64,000 nt of DNA from sequence record KY555145.1. One strand, given 5' to 3'. Below, piece after piece: positions 60,684-64,000 of this stretch. Numbering within the stretch: the first letter of the stretch is position 1; the number at the start of each line of letters is the position of its first letter. The translations under genes and the position numbers were made by a program. The notes beneath the pieces were generated by a model, which was given only the letters and a program-made list of their open reading frames with translations, was not told the origin of the DNA and made no database searches.

Positions 60684-61138
60684 TGCTCGAACACGACATG
60701 CTCCGGCAAGTCCTGGAGCAGCAGGCGGTCACCGCCGCCCCGACGATCGGGCTGAAGCTGAGCTTCGACAACTCCGAATTCGTCCAGCCGAAGGATGGCC
60801 TGCACTGGGCCGAGTTCTGGGTCCAGACGGGCAACACCGTCCCGTGCGAGGTCGCCGGCCCGCGCGGCTACGAAAAGACCTCCGGGCTGATCCAGTTCAC
60901 CCTCAAGGCTCCGGAGGAAGAGGGCAACGGCGCGATCCTCAAGAAGGCGGGCGCGCTCAAGAAGGTCTTCAACCGCCGGCAATGGGTCGTGCCGCCGGAT
61001 GGCTATGTCACCCTCGACCCGATCTCGGTTCAGTCGCACGGCAAGCCGATCGACGGCTTCTATAATGTCGTGGTCTGGGCGACCCTCTGGTTCCACCACC
61101 GCGATCCCGACGCCGACGATCGCTGGATTCGCGGTTGA
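60683..61138 (+). CDS. tail terminator protein
   Basis: DNSEF..P, G.IQFTLKAP..EG; position before tail tube. Confidence 0.7.
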   Translation: MLEHDMLRQVLEQQAVTAAPTIGLKLSFDNSEFVQPKDGLHWAEFWVQTGNTVPCEVAGPRGYEKTSGLIQFTLKAPEEEGNGAILKKAGALKKVFNRRQWVVPPDGYVTLDPISVQSHGKPIDGFYNVVVWATLWFHHRDPDADDRWIRG

Positions 61139-61160
61139 CCACGTCTTTCACGCCGGCTAA

Positions 61161-61177
61161 GGTCGTGAATCTTGACA
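61161..61177 (+). promoter_or_regulatory. late promoter motif upstream of tail tube
   Basis: GGTCGTGAATCTTGACA. Confidence 0.75.
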
Positions 61178-61281
61178 TTTCCCAAAGTCTAGGGTAGGGT
61201 CACCACACTTGCGATGCAGGGCCGGGTCGGCACGCTCGCTGACCCCCTTTTGTCACAAAACCGTGGATTGGTGACCTGCCC

Positions 61282-63114
61282 ATGGCTGCATCGTTCTTCG
61301 CCGACTCCAACCGCGCGCGGATGCGCTACATCAAGGAGAACAACGTTGTCTGGGGCGTGACCCCCGCCAGCGGCGTCTCCCGTGAACTGCGGTACACCGG
61401 CTCCACCGTCAACGCCCAGAAGGACACGACCCTCTCGGAAGAAATCCGTGCTGACCGCATGGTGTCCGAGATCGTCGAGGTCGCCGCGCGCACGACGGGC
61501 GAAATCAACATCGAATTCTCGGCCGGCTCGCACGACGACCTGCTGGAAGCCTTCATGTATGGCGCCTGGACGCGCCCGATGACCTTCGACTCGGTCCAAG
61601 GCGTCTCGCTCGAATGGGGCGACACCGACACCCTGTACGTCAAGGGCAAGAACGTCACGCCCTACTTCTTCGCCGGCCGCCGCGTCCGCACCCAGGGCTT
61701 CATCAACGTCGCCAACAACGGCTACTGGCAGATCGACACGATCACCTTCAACGCCGGCGCCAACCGCACCGAGATCAACATGTCGACGTCGACCGCTGTC
61801 GCTGAGCGCGGCACGGCCTACTCGGCGCTGTACGACGCCAACGACGTCATCGTGCTGAACAACACCGCCATCCGCGCCGGCACCGCCGGCGAGGCGGCGT
61901 TCGACTCCAACGGCTCCAACGCCTTCGCTGCGGCGATCGCGGCGGGCCAACTGTCGGTCGGCCAGAAGATTTTCGTCGAAGGCCTGGGCTTCGAGACCGG
62001 CACGGTCGTCCTGGCTGGTCTGCCGACCGCCGGAGCCCGCGTCCAGATCAGCGACGGCGTCAAGACGGTGCCCTTCCAGTTCGGCGGCTCGGCGGCTCAG
62101 CCGACCGTGGTCGTCACCCTCGGCGCCGACGAGACGGAGACCGCCCAGAACCTCGCCGACGCGATCAACAAGCTGCGCGTGCGCAAGCAACTGGAAGTCG
62201 GGGCCTCGGCCGCGACCGGCACCGTGACCCTGCGCAACCTGCTGGTCACCGGCGGCTCGATCATCGAGACCGTGGCCGACGCCAATGTCACCGTGACCAA
62301 CTTCTCGGGCGGCGACGCCTCGCTGCGCGGCGTGTTCACGATCGAAGCGCTGACCGACGACAAGATCACCGTCAACCCCGCGCCCGCGACCCTGGCCAAC
62401 ACGACGGCCAAGGTCAACATCAAGGGCTCGATGCTCCGCAACCCGTTCGACCCGGACGTGATCACGGCGCAGTCGTTCACCTTCGAGACCGGCTTCGAGG
62501 ACGTCGACCAATACTACCTCGCCGACGGCATGCGGATCGGCACGATCGCGCTGAACATCGCCGCCAACTCGATCCTGACGGGCTCGTTCGGTCTGCAAGG
62601 CCGCGCCTCGACCCGCCAGAACACCTCCAAGCTCGGCGAAGCGCCCTACACCGCGCTCCAGACGACCGCGACGCCCGTGGCCAACGCCACCGTCAACGTC
62701 GGCAAGATCGCGATGAACGGCGAAGAACTGTCGACCGCCGTGCAGTCGATCGCCATCAACGGCACGAACAACCTGCGTGACCAGATGGCCGTGGGCTACA
62801 AGTTCCCCGCCGGCATCGGCGCGGGCCGCATGGAAATCTCCGGCTCGCTGGTCGCCTACTTCGCCGACGGCAACCTGTGGGACAAGTTCATCAACCACGA
62901 GACCGTCTCGGTGAGCTTCCCGCTGACCGACGTGCTGGGCAACCACTACGAGTTCACGATCCCGGCGGCGAACTTCTCGACCGACACCGTGAACCCGGCC
63001 GGCGGCAACCAGGACATCATGGAGAACCTGGAATACACCGCCAAGCGCGACCCGGTCACCGACTGCCAGTTCCAGATCGACCGCTACTCGTCGATCTTCG
63101 CGAACACGAACTAA
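61282..63114 (+). CDS. major tail tube protein
   Basis: 610 aa; WGVTP..LRYTG, SEEIRADR, GRMEISGSL..YF. Confidence 0.85.
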   Translation: MAASFFADSNRARMRYIKENNVVWGVTPASGVSRELRYTGSTVNAQKDTTLSEEIRADRMVSEIVEVAARTTGEINIEFSAGSHDDLLEAFMYGAWTRPMTFDSVQGVSLEWGDTDTLYVKGKNVTPYFFAGRRVRTQGFINVANNGYWQIDTITFNAGANRTEINMSTSTAVAERGTAYSALYDANDVIVLNNTAIRAGTAGEAAFDSNGSNAFAAAIAAGQLSVGQKIFVEGLGFETGTVVLAGLPTAGARVQISDGVKTVPFQFGGSAAQPTVVVTLGADETETAQNLADAINKLRVRKQLEVGASAATGTVTLRNLLVTGGSIIETVADANVTVTNFSGGDASLRGVFTIEALTDDKITVNPAPATLANTTAKVNIKGSMLRNPFDPDVITAQSFTFETGFEDVDQYYLADGMRIGTIALNIAANSILTGSFGLQGRASTRQNTSKLGEAPYTALQTTATPVANATVNVGKIAMNGEELSTAVQSIAINGTNNLRDQMAVGYKFPAGIGAGRMEISGSLVAYFADGNLWDKFINHETVSVSFPLTDVLGNHYEFTIPAANFSTDTVNPAGGNQDIMENLEYTAKRDPVTDCQFQIDRYSSIFANTN

Positions 63115-63264
63115 GGGCTTAGTCACGATTCCCCCGAATCGTGACAGCCCCACCCGCTTCCCCCGATAGACCAAAGTCCCCAGGACAGAAGTCTCAGCGC
63201 TGAGCAGGGCCGCCCGGAAATCGGGGCCGGGCGGCCCACCCTCCCCGATACGGAATCCCCGAAC

Positions 63265-63693
63265 ATGACCGACAAGATCAAGATCGACATGCTGGACCTC
63301 TTCTCGACCGATCGCGAGTCGGAAGAAGCGGGCGTCTGGATTTACCTGGACGAGGCCGAGCAGACCGGTTTCAAGATTCGCGCCCTGGGCGCCAAGGCGG
63401 TCCTCGACCTGCGCGAGGAACTGACCAAGAAGTACCAGTCTCTGATCCGCGCGGGCGGCAAGCTCCCGGACGAGAAGGTCGAGGAAATCAACCTGAAGGT
63501 CATCGCCGGCGGCGTGCTGGCGGACTGGAAGGGTATCATCGTCGGCGGCGAGGAAATCCCCTACAGCGCCGAGGCGGCCTATACGGTCCTGAGCAACCCG
63601 AAGCTGGGCAAGATGTCCGCCTTCATCGCCCAGCACTCGATGGACGCCCAGAACTATCGCGACGACGCCCGTGAGGACGCCGCAAAAAACTAA
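63265..63693 (+). CDS. tail assembly chaperone (gpG-like)
   Basis: After tail tube; ends GCA AAA AAC TAA. Confidence 0.8.
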   Translation: MTDKIKIDMLDLFSTDRESEEAGVWIYLDEAEQTGFKIRALGAKAVLDLREELTKKYQSLIRAGGKLPDEKVEEINLKVIAGGVLADWKGIIVGGEEIPYSAEAAYTVLSNPKLGKMSAFIAQHSMDAQNYRDDAREDAAKN

Positions 63694-64000
63694 CGGCGGC
63701 TCTGGAGTTCACGCTCAGCCAGAAGCACGGGGGCAGTGGGCGCGTCAAGTCGGCGGCCCGCGCCCCCAATGCTGAATCGCCTGACGACTGGCTGGCGCGG
63801 ATCAAGGCTCAGAACTCCGCTCCTCCGCCGAGCGCGGACGACGAGTTCGACCTGAACGCAGAGCCGAAGGGGATTGAGCCCTATCCGGACCTCCTGTGGG
63901 TCTGGGACGGTTTCTGGCGCCTCTCGAACAAACGCCCCAACGGCATGTCCGGCCCGATGCGGATTCCGACCTCGGAGATCGAGGCCTTCACCCGCATCCG
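63684..64000 (+). CDS. -1 frameshift extension (gpGT-like), 3' partial
   Basis: Slippery A-AAA-AAC; -1 frame open to the window end, WDGFWRLSNKRPNGMSGPMRIPTSEI. Confidence 0.8.

Noticed and set aside
1-64000. Integrase, IS elements or att sites
   Set aside because: No recombinase or transposase motifs, and no terminal inverted repeats seen.

Overview
GC-rich, tightly packed phage DNA, most consistent with a phiCbK-like (Dolichocephalovirinae) Caulobacter siphophage. That assignment is an inference from gene order and protein motifs; no database search was run. Layout: C-terminal part of the terminase large subunit (1-779); a ~12.5 kb block that looks like a collapsed long terminal repeat with many small early genes (~800-13500); early/middle hypotheticals (13.6-20.8 kb); an inverted cassette with a LapG-like protease; portal, accessory nucleotide hydrolases and HNH; scaffold, capsid and virion proteins; a giant Gly-rich lectin-domain fibre gene; about 31 tRNA or tRNA-like genes (52.8-57.0 kb); PhoH, head-tail joining genes, tail tube and a frameshifting tail chaperone. 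Strongest novel signal: three tRNA sub-operons each start with a sigma70-type promoter, a short leader ORF and an intrinsic terminator with a competing antiterminator helix. In two of them the leader codons match the anticodons of the tRNAs downstream, which suggests attenuation that senses tRNA demand. Other highlights: a covarying (A/G)AUCCC-loop hairpin at the 5' end of most early transcripts; 11 CtrA-box promoters versus GANTC-containing late promoters; Lys tRNAs with class II variable arms; a ParD/PaaA2-like tail on a DHH phosphoesterase; a promoter-minigene(MLK)-terminator unit; and two tandem duplications made of diverged alleles, which may be real recombination or a chimeric assembly.
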